NCBI GenBank assembly: GCA_965214095.1 | Contig: OZ243938.1 | Location: 3,168,001 to 3,232,000, forward strand | DNA length: 64,000 nucleotides | Reading direction: 5' to 3' | DNA from: Candidatus Poribacteria bacterium | Lineage (GTDB): Bacteria; Poribacteria; WGA-4E; WGA-3G | Translations under genes and position numbers: made by a program | Part shown: one piece after another, positions 28,299 to 38,238 of the stretch | Numbering within the stretch: the first letter of the stretch is position 1 | Layout: each line of letters starts with the position of its first letter | The notes under the pieces: model-generated | The model's input: only the letters and a program-made list of their open reading frames with translations | Databases searched by the model: none | Told to the model about the DNA's origin: nothing

Positions 28299-30211
28299 TC
28301 TGTGTTCTCCTTGTTTTTGTTCAGTGTGTCTCGTGTATGAAGATGAAATGGGTCGCAGATTGTTATCTGTCCGAATCCCTCTTCACGTCGGTTGCCGATG
28401 CCTCTGTTTTCAAGTTCTTGTAATGCGGGTAACCAAGATTCAATATCCGATGTGTGGAATACAAAGACACTGCCGATGTTAGTTATGAGTTCGGTTTCTT
28501 TAGGCAATCCCCACACAGCGTTCCAACCGCCTGCATACCCATAACTTGCGAAACTACGGACGCATGCGACTTCAGTATCACAGACAGCCATGTCCTGCAA
28601 CATCTGTGCAGTGAGAACCATACTCCGTTGCCATCCATCTTCTGCCATTAGAATGGCTTCAGATTGTAGGTTGACGGTAAAGTAGATGCCCTCACATTGA
28701 GCGATACTGGTATTTGGTAGATACTTATATGTCTGCCATACTTCTGATAATGCTTCGTTAAAGTTATCAATCCGTTCTTTGAGTGGTTCAGGAGACGATT
28801 TGTTTTGCACTGCGATGCTGACGTGTCCGAGTCCACGTGAACTGCCACCACCCAATCGCACAACCTTATGATCTAACGTCTGTGCGACTTTCTCTACGAG
28901 TCCCGATGGCACTCGGACAGAACCGTGTAATACCACCGGCTTGTATTCTTCCTCTTCCTGTGACTTAGTTTTTCTGCTTTTTACGATAACAGGATCAATC
29001 GCAGTTAGATGATACAGTAAACCTTCCTCAGCCACTTTTCTTTTTCTGTTGATAGCAACGCGAGTAAGGAGTCGGGTGTTGAGGTGTCTCTCTTTGTGAG
29101 AACCGGTAGCATCTTCATAGAATCCGCTATGTGATTCTACTCGTCCGGAACACTTCGGACACTTCGGTTGATACATCCAATCTGCTTTTTCAGAGACGAT
29201 TCTCTCTATAAGTGTGTCAAAAACACCATGCTTTTTATCGCTACTAAATCCAGGTGTCCCCTTACAACTTATGGCGGTTGCTGGCAAGATTTTTGTTGCG
29301 GGTGTGCAGTTTCGGAAGATAGCAGCATCATCCTCGGTGAAAAGTTTTTGGAAATCTGCATCTGGTGTGTTATTCTCTAAGTCTGCCAAAAGTTCATTTG
29401 CAAGTGCACCGCGTATCAAGCCACCGCGGATGTAATTGAGTGCTTCAACGGCTTGTCCGGAAGGTTTACGTCCGCCTGTGATTATAGGCGAATTTAGTGT
29501 AACCTTCAGTGTTAGTTCTGTGAAATCATCAGCAATCTGTAGGGATTCGGTGCCAGGCGATTGTGTCTCGGTGTCAGGCAATTGCACGTGTTCAATACTT
29601 AGCCATCCGAGTCCGCGGGTTTTGCCAGAACCGATAGCATGGATATAGTTAAGTCCTGCAGTGAGGAATTCAATCTGTTTGTCTGTGATGTTGTTGCTGA
29701 GTAAGACATCTCCAGAAAATTCAAAGCCTGCGTTTGGGATGCTTGTTTCTGTGAAATAGAGGCGTGCATCTTCTGCGACTCTGCGATTGCGATTGATGGT
29801 AACACCACTTCGGTTTACTGTGGTTTCTATGCCTAAATCTATGTTAGGTTTAAGGTCGTTGACAACGATGCTGGATTCACGTTGCGGAGAACCGAATATT
29901 TGACAGATAACACAGTGGTTGTGCTGGAATAGATCTGTGTTTTGATCTTTCAGTTCTTCATCTGGACGTGGACACATGTTTTGCGGTAATGGACTGTTGC
30001 AGACATAGTGTCCCTGACTTCGTGCGATTGCTTCGGTTGCGTGCCGCCAGATACCTTTGAGTGTTGATGCGGGGACGTATAGTTTACCGTCGGTAGTTTT
30101 AACGGTTGCCTTATCTGCGCCTGTATCGCTGGATCCGCTATCACCGATGCAGAGGGCTGTATCAATCGTTGCTGTGATTTGCCAATGTTTATTAGTTGTT
30201 TGTTTAGTCAA
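28295..30211 (-). CDS. csx10: Cas7-Cas5 (Csm3-Csx10) fusion
   Basis: N-terminal RAMP (VPASTLKG, IGSGKTRGLG) plus Csx10 (YIRGGLIRGA, TRVAINR, GGWNAVWGLPK, GIGNRREEGFG); TTG start overlapping the cas10 stop. Confidence 0.88.
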   Translation of the reverse strand: MTKQTTNKHWQITATIDTALCIGDSGSSDTGADKATVKTTDGKLYVPASTLKGIWRHATEAIARSQGHYVCNSPLPQNMCPRPDEELKDQNTDLFQHNHCVICQIFGSPQRESSIVVNDLKPNIDLGIETTVNRSGVTINRNRRVAEDARLYFTETSIPNAGFEFSGDVLLSNNITDKQIEFLTAGLNYIHAIGSGKTRGLGWLSIEHVQLPDTETQSPGTESLQIADDFTELTLKVTLNSPIITGGRKPSGQAVEALNYIRGGLIRGALANELLADLENNTPDADFQKLFTEDDAAIFRNCTPATKILPATAISCKGTPGFSSDKKHGVFDTLIERIVSEKADWMYQPKCPKCSGRVESHSGFYEDATGSHKERHLNTRLLTRVAINRKRKVAEEGLLYHLTAIDPVIVKSRKTKSQEEEEYKPVVLHGSVRVPSGLVEKVAQTLDHKVVRLGGGSSRGLGHVSIAVQNKSSPEPLKERIDNFNEALSEVWQTYKYLPNTSIAQCEGIYFTVNLQSEAILMAEDGWQRSMVLTAQMLQDMAVCDTEVACVRSFASYGYAGGWNAVWGLPKETELITNIGSVFVFHTSDIESWLPALQELENRGIGNRREEGFGQITICDPFHLHTRDTLNKNKENTE

Positions 30212-32705
30212 TGTCGTTATCCCCTGTGTTATCATCAGGCTTTGGAATAAATTCATAAGCCTCAATTATATCCAAAAGGAGTGTTTCGTATTTCTTGTCG
30301 TCCTTTTCGTGTGCTTTTAACTTTTGATACCACGGGCCGAGGTTGTTGTGATTAGATACACCGTGCCAGTTCTGTTCAAGTTGTTTTCTAAGTCTTTCAC
30401 CGTGTTCTGCATCCAGTCGGCTTCGGAAGTATAGATAGTCAAGTGTTGATGTTGCGCGTCCAAGTTTAAGTGCTTCACGCAGTTGATAGAGTTGTGATCT
30501 CGGAAAATTGCCTTCCTTTAACTCTCGAACAGTCTTAATGAATCCCGACAGTTCGTGCAGCGTGTAGGGTCGCATCGTGAGTGAGTTCTGCTTTTCTGTC
30601 TTGTAAGCGTTTTTACGGAAATCACTGAGATTGCTTGTAATCATTGAAATGGACTTGAGGATGAGGAAGTCAACAGTGCCTCCACGATACCCGATCTCCT
30701 CTTTTAGCAAGGTCTTTGCTCTACTCTTTGCAGACTTGAGCAGGCTCCCCGCGAGATTTTCTAAGAACGCAATAGGGGTATGTTCCTCGGCAATGACGAA
30801 ACCGAGTGATAGACTGAAAACGGGTTGCATCTCTTGTGCATCTACCCAGTCTTCTGACTGGTAACGTTGTGATTTTTGAGCTTCGTCTTTTTTCGACTCA
30901 GCCCATTTCGCACGACTATTGAATTGGCTGTCAAATTTTGTGCCGATGGCATGAACGATCTCAAATGCATTACTACCCGGCACGATCAAGAGCAGGTCGT
31001 CTCCACCAATACTGACGATTTCAAATGGATGGACATTTTTGTCGGTAGGTTTAAGATGATCGGCAAGAGCATCAAATGCTGCCTTTTGCATAGCGACAAA
31101 GACGCGTTCCGAAAACTGCCGATACTGTGCAGGAGATGCGATCTTCTCCAGATACGCACCCATATTGTTACCATCCGCATAGATAAATGCAATGTAGTTC
31201 TCTTTTTTGCTGGCTGCTGCGATGTCACTTAGGTCGCTTGGTCCATCAGGTTCTTCTTTGTAGTCGCGTGAGATTTTGAGATACTCGTTGTATAAGGTAA
31301 TCCAATCATTTAGGAGATAGGCATCATCTTCACCTTTATTGGCAGGTGACCATTTCAAGGGATCCGTGTAGGTCTTGAGTGGATGACCCATCTGTCGTTT
31401 TTTGGTTGCGCGTCCCGTAATATATTTTCTGGCACATGCTTCACAGAGTTGCTTCGGTTCATTGAATAGTGCTGGTCTACGCTCACAGCTTTCACATCTG
31501 AGATGATATGGGTCTATTTCAACGTGTGCCGGTAGGTCACGTCGTGTTTCCCGATTCGGCGTTGTATTTCCTTCACGTCGTTTCATCTGCGCGCCTGCCA
31601 ACTTGGCTGTCAATTCACCGAAACATTTGCGATCCAAAAATTCCTTGTCAGAACTGCCGTAGTATGTCTCTATAAGTGTTTTGGTATTCTCTTGTTTATA
31701 GGCAGCCCGATAGTCTTCAACCCAAAAGTTTGTGGGGTTCAAGCCGTATTGGAGTTCAAGTAAGTCAAACGTATCTCCCACAGCGGCACTGTTCGCTACA
31801 AGCGTTTCTTTCGTATAAATACGTTCAATTTCATCTGCAATGTTGTGGACAACGGACATCGGTGCGAATGCAAGCGTGTTGCCACCTGCTGCATAGATGA
31901 TACATTCTGGTGCAGTGAGTGTATGTCCTGTACGTTGGTTGAAACTGCCACGGATCTCATTGTATCGTTGGGTGTCTTGTGTGGTCTTGCGTCCGAAGAG
32001 TGCTGGCACATCCTCCAAGTTTATGCGGTCAAGTAATGCACTTGCACCACGGATTTCAGGGAGTTTTACCGATTCCATAAAGTATCCTTTAATCTTCGTC
32101 GCGCCCCCGAACACAAGCCCGATCTGTTGTTCTTCATCTTTTAGGGGATGATTGCTAAATTCAACCTTATCAGAACAGATCCGCTCAGACGCTGCCGTCT
32201 TTGCCAAGAACACGATGTGTTCATGTTTATTTCCGTCTGGGTTGGGTTCAATAGGCGTGTCATCACCCCAAAGCGCATTGAAAACTTCTTCAAGACCGTC
32301 ATCTTTCCACGTTGCTGTGAGTGCGGACAGGCGGAGTTTATCTAAGGTTTCTTTGTCGCTTCGGTGTTCAGTGTCGTAAGCCAAGCAGTACGCAATTGCG
32401 GATGCGGTGAGGGAGTGGTCTGTTACTGTGGCACCAGATAGTGAGCGACACGGCAACCAACGGAAAGGAATTGGATGGTCTTTTTCTTGCCACAGGTCTT
32501 TAAGTGGTGGGAGGAGTAGATCCACCATCTGTGTGACACGTTCAGTTATCGTTTGATCTTTCCAATTTTGTATGTGTGTTACGGTTTGCTGGATGACATA
32601 TTGCCAATCTTCTGGTTTGATGGTGTATTGGTCTTCAAGAATTGTGTCTTTCCAAGGATGGTCTGTATATTCGGTTGTATCGTTTGTTTTCCAATCTCGC
32701 GTCAT
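30204..32705 (-). CDS. cas10: Cas10, cyclase-competent, HD nuclease degenerate
   Basis: IRGASALL, IYAAGGN, CESC/CEAC Zn finger, YADGNNMG, GGDD; no HD dipeptide in the N-terminal region. Confidence 0.93.
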   Translation of the reverse strand: MTRDWKTNDTTEYTDHPWKDTILEDQYTIKPEDWQYVIQQTVTHIQNWKDQTITERVTQMVDLLLPPLKDLWQEKDHPIPFRWLPCRSLSGATVTDHSLTASAIAYCLAYDTEHRSDKETLDKLRLSALTATWKDDGLEEVFNALWGDDTPIEPNPDGNKHEHIVFLAKTAASERICSDKVEFSNHPLKDEEQQIGLVFGGATKIKGYFMESVKLPEIRGASALLDRINLEDVPALFGRKTTQDTQRYNEIRGSFNQRTGHTLTAPECIIYAAGGNTLAFAPMSVVHNIADEIERIYTKETLVANSAAVGDTFDLLELQYGLNPTNFWVEDYRAAYKQENTKTLIETYYGSSDKEFLDRKCFGELTAKLAGAQMKRREGNTTPNRETRRDLPAHVEIDPYHLRCESCERRPALFNEPKQLCEACARKYITGRATKKRQMGHPLKTYTDPLKWSPANKGEDDAYLLNDWITLYNEYLKISRDYKEEPDGPSDLSDIAAASKKENYIAFIYADGNNMGAYLEKIASPAQYRQFSERVFVAMQKAAFDALADHLKPTDKNVHPFEIVSIGGDDLLLIVPGSNAFEIVHAIGTKFDSQFNSRAKWAESKKDEAQKSQRYQSEDWVDAQEMQPVFSLSLGFVIAEEHTPIAFLENLAGSLLKSAKSRAKTLLKEEIGYRGGTVDFLILKSISMITSNLSDFRKNAYKTEKQNSLTMRPYTLHELSGFIKTVRELKEGNFPRSQLYQLREALKLGRATSTLDYLYFRSRLDAEHGERLRKQLEQNWHGVSNHNNLGPWYQKLKAHEKDDKKYETLLLDIIEAYEFIPKPDDNTGDNDID

Positions 32706-32744
32706 AAGGTGATTCCATTTTGGCAAAAATTGATTTTGTAAGAT

Positions 32745-32773
32745 ATTTTAGCAAAATAATCATATTCAGTCAA
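32745..32773 (-). promoter_or_regulatory. cas operon promoter
   Basis: TTGACT-17 bp-TAAAAT with extended -10 TG. Confidence 0.6.
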
Positions 32774-33039
32774 TATATTTTTTATTTTTATTAGTGTGTT
32801 TTATGTTGTCTTTAGGTGTGTTTGAACCAGGATAGGTAGGATGGGTAGGATTTTCAAATCAACGGTATGAATGCGCGTATGACATTCACTGGGATAAGAG
32901 TCTGAAACATCAAAGTGCCATCCAGAGAATAAACGTCAAACTAGGAATAGGAACTTTGGAGAGCCAAACTCATAATCCTGAAAATCTACTAATCCTGCTA
33001 AATCGGACTTAAATCGGATTCGTCCGTTGAAGCGTGATT

Positions 33040-33177
33040 TATAGTAAAAACCATAATTATTTACACACGACGGTAGGTTCGGTTTCCTAACCGAACCGGT
33101 GTTTGTTCAGTCTCATAGATGCGGTTAGGAAACCGCATCAACCGGGGAGTGTGCACGTGTTTTTACATTTCACTATA
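33040..33177. mobile_element. TA-flanked MITE, inverted copy of 11965-12101
   Basis: Near-identical reverse complement including both REP hairpins. Confidence 0.75.
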
Positions 33178-33180
33178 ACT

Positions 33181-35124
33181 CTAAGGCCAAAAGTTATACA
33201 TCGGTTGCTGTGTCACCACACTAATCAAACTCCAAATCCCACCCACAGTAAAATCCCCCAACATCAAACCCACAGCAAACATCACCAATTGCCGAGAGGC
33301 ACTGGGTCCACCGATTTTCAACACAGACCACTTCACAATCGAACTGACCAACATACAACTCCACAAATACCGCATACCCCAATCGCTTGAAACGACAAAG
33401 CCAATCGGATGAAAGGGCCACCAGAAAAACCGCGCACGCATGAACATCAACCCCGTCGAAAAAAGTAGACCGAAAACTATCCCACCCGTTGCATAGAAAT
33501 TCGGTTCAGTAGGATAGTATAACCATCGTTGGAGTCCACTGAAGATGCGTTCTCCGAATCCTATATTCCAACTACTACTCCCACTCATATTCAATGCACC
33601 ATTGGTATAATAGATATACAGAATTGTCCCAAAGACCATAATAGAAGCAAACGCGGAAACCCCAAGAAGTGCTAAGAACAACCGCTGCGGTGCAATTTTA
33701 GATCGTTCCGAGAGTTTAAATCCTTCTAACTGATGTGGCATCGGGTTACTCGTATAACTCCGATTGAACCAACGATATAATGACATAGCAACAAGGTTGT
33801 TTGTTCCCAACATGCGTGTGCCGAAGCTATCAATCAGGATATGGTGATTCGGCATGTTTTCCATCGCATGCACAGGAAACCCTTGTTCAGCACGCATCCG
33901 AGTTAACACCAAAACAATGATAAAATAGATAGCAAAAAACAAGGGTATCAACCACAACGACATGCCAATACGGTTAGAAAAGATAAAGAGTATTGCAAGT
34001 CCACCAACAATACCCCACAACGCAAATCTATATGAAATAGGTTCTGTAGAATCTTCACCTGTACGATGCCGTGCGATGTGGAATACACCTCGAAAATGAC
34101 GCAAGTTCAACACTAACACGGAGATGAATATCCCAATGGCAGCACCAAAACATTGCCTGTCAATATACGGAAATCCGGGCACACTGGAGAGTCCAACTGC
34201 ACTTGAGAACACCAATTGCGCTTTATAAAAAAAGAAGAAAAACCAACTTGAAAATGACAAATCAAGTGGCATTAACAGTCCCAATCCAATGACGAATGGA
34301 TAATAAGACATACTGATACCACCGATAGCATTCCAAGGTTTCTCAGTGAATAGATGTCCAAACCCACGCCATCCACCGACCCGCTTTATCGGCAAGTATG
34401 GAATTGTAGGATACAGAAAACTGAACCCGTTGAGGATTGCAATAGACGCTGCTAATCCGAAACCGATCCACATGATACGGTGTGAAAACAGAGATTTCGT
34501 GTTATGCGTAACCTGAAAAGCAATTTGTGTTATCGGATAAGCGAGTCGTTCTCGTTCCACCCATTGCTTTCGTAGGATAACGTTGATACACAACATCACC
34601 AGCACAAGTGCAGTGACGAAAAGAGTCCAAGAAAGTATTGGAACGAACCATACACCAATTATTTCAAATGTTGTGAGATTGGTTTCACCTTTATAGTATC
34701 CTGTAAGTGCCTTTGAATCGTCTACAAGCAGCCATCTCGGTAGGTAATCCCAAAAGAGTTGTTTCCATTCGTTTTCGGGAGTGGCGAACCAGAAGGCATG
34801 ACCGACGGTCGTGACGAGGATTGTCATCAAAGTTATGGAAGGAAAAGCACATGCAGTGCTGAGTAGAATGTAGATGGTGAGAAGTTCAGCATCGGAAAGT
34901 AGACGGATACGGGTGGTATGACGAACAATCAGGTTGAATAGTGTGAATAATAAAACGACAAAAACGACATTGTAAAACGGGACAGCGTAAGTATTCAGGG
35001 CATAACCGACGAGTCCTACTTCACCAGCGATAATCCAGTAGAAATTGAACGGAATCAACACAAGTGTTATGAGAATAGACTTCCATGTGACCCCGTACGA
35101 TTTCAACTGTCCATCTTCTTTCAT
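33181..35124 (-). CDS. Polytopic membrane protein (DUF6785/DUF6784, OPT-like)
   Basis: Many TM segments; LRKQWVERERLAYP and WWPFHPIG motifs. Confidence 0.7.
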   Translation of the reverse strand: MKEDGQLKSYGVTWKSILITLVLIPFNFYWIIAGEVGLVGYALNTYAVPFYNVVFVVLLFTLFNLIVRHTTRIRLLSDAELLTIYILLSTACAFPSITLMTILVTTVGHAFWFATPENEWKQLFWDYLPRWLLVDDSKALTGYYKGETNLTTFEIIGVWFVPILSWTLFVTALVLVMLCINVILRKQWVERERLAYPITQIAFQVTHNTKSLFSHRIMWIGFGLAASIAILNGFSFLYPTIPYLPIKRVGGWRGFGHLFTEKPWNAIGGISMSYYPFVIGLGLLMPLDLSFSSWFFFFFYKAQLVFSSAVGLSSVPGFPYIDRQCFGAAIGIFISVLVLNLRHFRGVFHIARHRTGEDSTEPISYRFALWGIVGGLAILFIFSNRIGMSLWLIPLFFAIYFIIVLVLTRMRAEQGFPVHAMENMPNHHILIDSFGTRMLGTNNLVAMSLYRWFNRSYTSNPMPHQLEGFKLSERSKIAPQRLFLALLGVSAFASIMVFGTILYIYYTNGALNMSGSSSWNIGFGERIFSGLQRWLYYPTEPNFYATGGIVFGLLFSTGLMFMRARFFWWPFHPIGFVVSSDWGMRYLWSCMLVSSIVKWSVLKIGGPSASRQLVMFAVGLMLGDFTVGGIWSLISVVTQQPMYNFWP

Positions 35125-35130
35125 GTCGCC

Positions 35131-35246
35131 TTATGTCTCTCACGCAAAAAAGTGGTGAATGCATCCAGTTCCTTAGATACATTGTCAAATAGTTTACTAA
35201 CTTGTTTTGCATGTTATTCTGAGTTAGCGTAAATTAATTTATATCC
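35131..35246 (-). pseudogene. Relic 3' end of an MNT-HEPN-type gene
   Basis: GYKLIYANSE*HAKQVSKLFDNVSKELDAFTTFLRERH* resembles ...ISKELDTFIEFLKKEND of 13266-14159. Confidence 0.55.
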
Positions 35247-35287
35247 TGTGTTCAATGTTTATTCACTAAAATATGCATGTAATATTC

Positions 35288-36271
35288 TCACGGTTGTATA
35301 GACCCCGCATAAACATCTTCAAGAGCATCTTCTGGAAGTGGATCCGGACTGTTTTTGGCGAATTCCAATGCTTCCTCAAGCTCATCTGCGAGTTCTGTTG
35401 CAAGTGCATCCAGTTCTTCTTGTGTAACTTCTTCCTCATCAATAAGAACCTGAGCAAGTCTTCGGATAGGATCACGTTGTCGTTCCTGTTCTTGCACCTC
35501 TTCACGATCGCGATAAGATGTCCCCGGATCCCCGATGTGATGTCCACGAAAACGATAGGTGTCACAATTGAGTAACGTAGGTCCTCCACCCTCACGAGCA
35601 CGCGTGACAGCATCTCCTGCAGCAGCATATACCTTGAGAACATCGTTACCATCAACAGTAACCCCGGGAATATCATAAGCAGGCGCACGAACAGCGATAT
35701 CCTCTACTCGCTGATGCTCATGTTGCGGTGTTCCCATACCGAATCGGTTATTTTCACAGACAAAGACAACAGGCAATTCCCATACTGCCGCGAGGTTTAG
35801 AGTTTCATGGAATACACCTTGATTCGTTGCGCCATCCCCGAAGAAAGAAACAGCGATCTGTTGTGTGCCACGGTATTTTGAAGAGAGAGCAGCACCCGCT
35901 GCAAGCGGAATCCCCGCGCCAACAACACCATTTGCACCGAGAATACCTGTCTCTTTATCTGCGATGTGCATGGATCCACCTTTACCCTTGCAGTAACCGG
36001 TCGTTCGTGCAAATAGTTCTGCCATCATTCGGTCGCGCTTGCCACCCTTCGCGATGAGATGTCCATGTCCACGATGTGTACTGGTAATATAATCATCATC
36101 TTCCAAATGTGCACAAACACCCACCGCAGTCGCTTCTTCACCTATATATAGGTGCAAAAAACCGGGTAGTTGTCCACTTTGATAGAGTGTCCCCGCAGCT
36201 TCCTCAAATTGACGTATTTCTACCATCTTACGATACATAAAGAGCATCTGATCTTTGGTCGGTTTTGACAT
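35288..36271 (-). CDS. TPP-dependent dehydrogenase E1 alpha subunit (AcoA/PdhA-like)
   Basis: HLYIGEEA, STHRGHGH, GKGGSMH, GDGA...ENN, TYRFRGH. Confidence 0.92.
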   Translation of the reverse strand: MSKPTKDQMLFMYRKMVEIRQFEEAAGTLYQSGQLPGFLHLYIGEEATAVGVCAHLEDDDYITSTHRGHGHLIAKGGKRDRMMAELFARTTGYCKGKGGSMHIADKETGILGANGVVGAGIPLAAGAALSSKYRGTQQIAVSFFGDGATNQGVFHETLNLAAVWELPVVFVCENNRFGMGTPQHEHQRVEDIAVRAPAYDIPGVTVDGNDVLKVYAAAGDAVTRAREGGGPTLLNCDTYRFRGHHIGDPGTSYRDREEVQEQERQRDPIRRLAQVLIDEEEVTQEELDALATELADELEEALEFAKNSPDPLPEDALEDVYAGSIQP

Positions 36272-36312
36272 AATCCCTTCCTACTATAGTTGTTATATGA
36301 ATATTAAACGAA

Positions 36313-37041
36313 TTAGAATAAACTTTGTTCAATTTTCTGGTTATCTGTGTCCATCTCCGAGACACGTTGGATACATTCTGGAGAATCATTTGCAGGACGA
36401 TTAACAAAACGTGACACAGGATACGCCTCTATTTCATCACCTGGATAAGGTTTCAACAGAGGTTGTAACGCCTCGGATGATTGTTCGCCTGTTGCAAGCC
36501 ATTCTGCATAAGCATCTTCAGGTAAAATCACAGGCATCCTGTGGTGATATTGCTCCAAGAACGAATTCGGTGAACAGGTAATGATAGTACAGGAACGGAG
36601 GGGTTTCTCCATATAATTTGCCTTCCATTCCTCCCATAATCCAGCAAAAGCAAATGGGTTTTGTGATTTGAGACGAACGTAAATCGGTTGTTTGGATTTC
36701 TCACCAGGTACTGTTTGCCATTCATAGTATCCGTCAGCCAAAATGAGGCACCGTCTGCGTTTGTATGCACTTCGAAATGAGGGTTTTTCCGTAAGCGTTT
36801 CTGAACGTGCATTTATCATCCGACTTCCAATTTTCGGGTCTTTTGCCCAAGACGGAATAAGTCCCCAATGATATAATTCAACCTGATGTCCTTCGCCAAC
36901 TTCGCTCGTGTTAGCAATAACTGCCACATCTTGTGTGGGTGTGATATTATATCGCGGTGAAAACTCCAACTTCAGTTGTAAGTCGTCAAAGTGTTCATTC
37001 CATTTCTCAAATTCGGTTGCGAGTGTAAATCTTCCACACAT
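36313..37041 (-). CDS. SOS response-associated peptidase (SRAP; YedK/HMCES family)
   Basis: MCGRF N-terminus, INARSET, GYYEW, HHRMPVIL. Confidence 0.93.
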   Translation of the reverse strand: MCGRFTLATEFEKWNEHFDDLQLKLEFSPRYNITPTQDVAVIANTSEVGEGHQVELYHWGLIPSWAKDPKIGSRMINARSETLTEKPSFRSAYKRRRCLILADGYYEWQTVPGEKSKQPIYVRLKSQNPFAFAGLWEEWKANYMEKPLRSCTIITCSPNSFLEQYHHRMPVILPEDAYAEWLATGEQSSEALQPLLKPYPGDEIEAYPVSRFVNRPANDSPECIQRVSEMDTDNQKIEQSLF

Positions 37042-37177
37042 TATTCTGCTCCTTTTTATGTTTCATAGGTTCAGGTTCTTCGCCTATAATTCTATCAAGG
37101 AAACCAACTCGTACGGAGACCTATCTCTACAGTTTGTAAATATAGTATCTAAAACACATTAATGCAATTGTTGAAAC

Positions 37178-38008
37178 CTATTTCGACTGTGGCACAAGAA
37201 TATCATCTCTCCAACGAAGACGGAAAGAAGGACGCACAAGTGCCTCTGGTGACTGTAGTGTCAACCCGCCATCTGCAGTCAACACAATTCCGGTCACAAA
37301 ATCCGCTTCATCAGATGCTAAGAACAGTGCCACATTTGCAATATCTTCCGGTTTTCCGTATCTACCAATCGGGTAACAATCGCGGCACGCTTGATCTTCG
37401 AGAGCATCCGCAGCGAGAGATGCTTCACCCCGTTCCCCAACAATCTGACCGGGAGCAATAGCATTTGCGCGAATGCCTTCGCTACCGTAGTCAAGTGCGA
37501 TACTTCGTGTTAACGCGTTTAATCCACCTTTTCCCGCACCATAAAGTCCAAAACCAGGATTTGTGATCGTCGCATTGACTGTTGAGATAAAGACAAGGTG
37601 TCCCCCGCCGTTTTTAATCATTTCTGGGATACAATACTTCGCACCAAGCCACGGTCCACCGAGTGTAACCCCAAGACTTTCATTCCATTCTTCTGGGGTG
37701 AATTCAATCGCTTTTTTCGTATAAGAATGTGCAGCATTATGAACAAGTGTAGTTATTTTACCGTAGTTTGTTAATGCTGTTTCCACGAGTGTTTCCCATG
37801 TTTTTTCATCTGCAACATCACCCATCACAGCGACTGCTTCACCGCCTGCATCTTTAATACGATTTACGGTTTCGGTCAGTTTCTCTTCTCTGCGGCGTGT
37901 GTTAACAACTACTTTCGCGCCTTCACTTGCAAATTTGTATGCTGTTGCCGCACCGATACCACCCCATGCTGCACCCGCAACTATCGCAACTTTTCCTTCC
38001 AATCTCAT
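37178..38008 (-). CDS. SDR-family oxidoreductase
   Basis: GAAWGGIG, HNAA, YxxxK (YGAGK), GIRANAIAPG. Confidence 0.9.
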   Translation of the reverse strand: MRLEGKVAIVAGAAWGGIGAATAYKFASEGAKVVVNTRRREEKLTETVNRIKDAGGEAVAVMGDVADEKTWETLVETALTNYGKITTLVHNAAHSYTKKAIEFTPEEWNESLGVTLGGPWLGAKYCIPEMIKNGGGHLVFISTVNATITNPGFGLYGAGKGGLNALTRSIALDYGSEGIRANAIAPGQIVGERGEASLAADALEDQACRDCYPIGRYGKPEDIANVALFLASDEADFVTGIVLTADGGLTLQSPEALVRPSFRLRWRDDILVPQSK

Positions 38009-38238
38009 AAAAAATCCTTTCTGTGAAAAATAATAAGTACAACAACTGACAACTTATACCATTTCTAATAGAAAACGCCGCATTTTTGTAGCATAAACTG
38101 CCAGTTTGTGCAGTCCTTCAAGACATTCTTAACAAATGGTAATGGGATAAACATTTATAGAAATGGTATTACTATGAATTCAGAAAAACTTGTTAGTGTT
38201 TGACTATCAACACTAATATATTTTTGATCCATGAAACG

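Noticed and set aside
30204-32705. Type III-B assignment (Cmr2-like Cas10)
   Set aside because: No cmr1/3/4/5/6 set; csx10, csx19 and multiple csm3-like genes indicate III-D.
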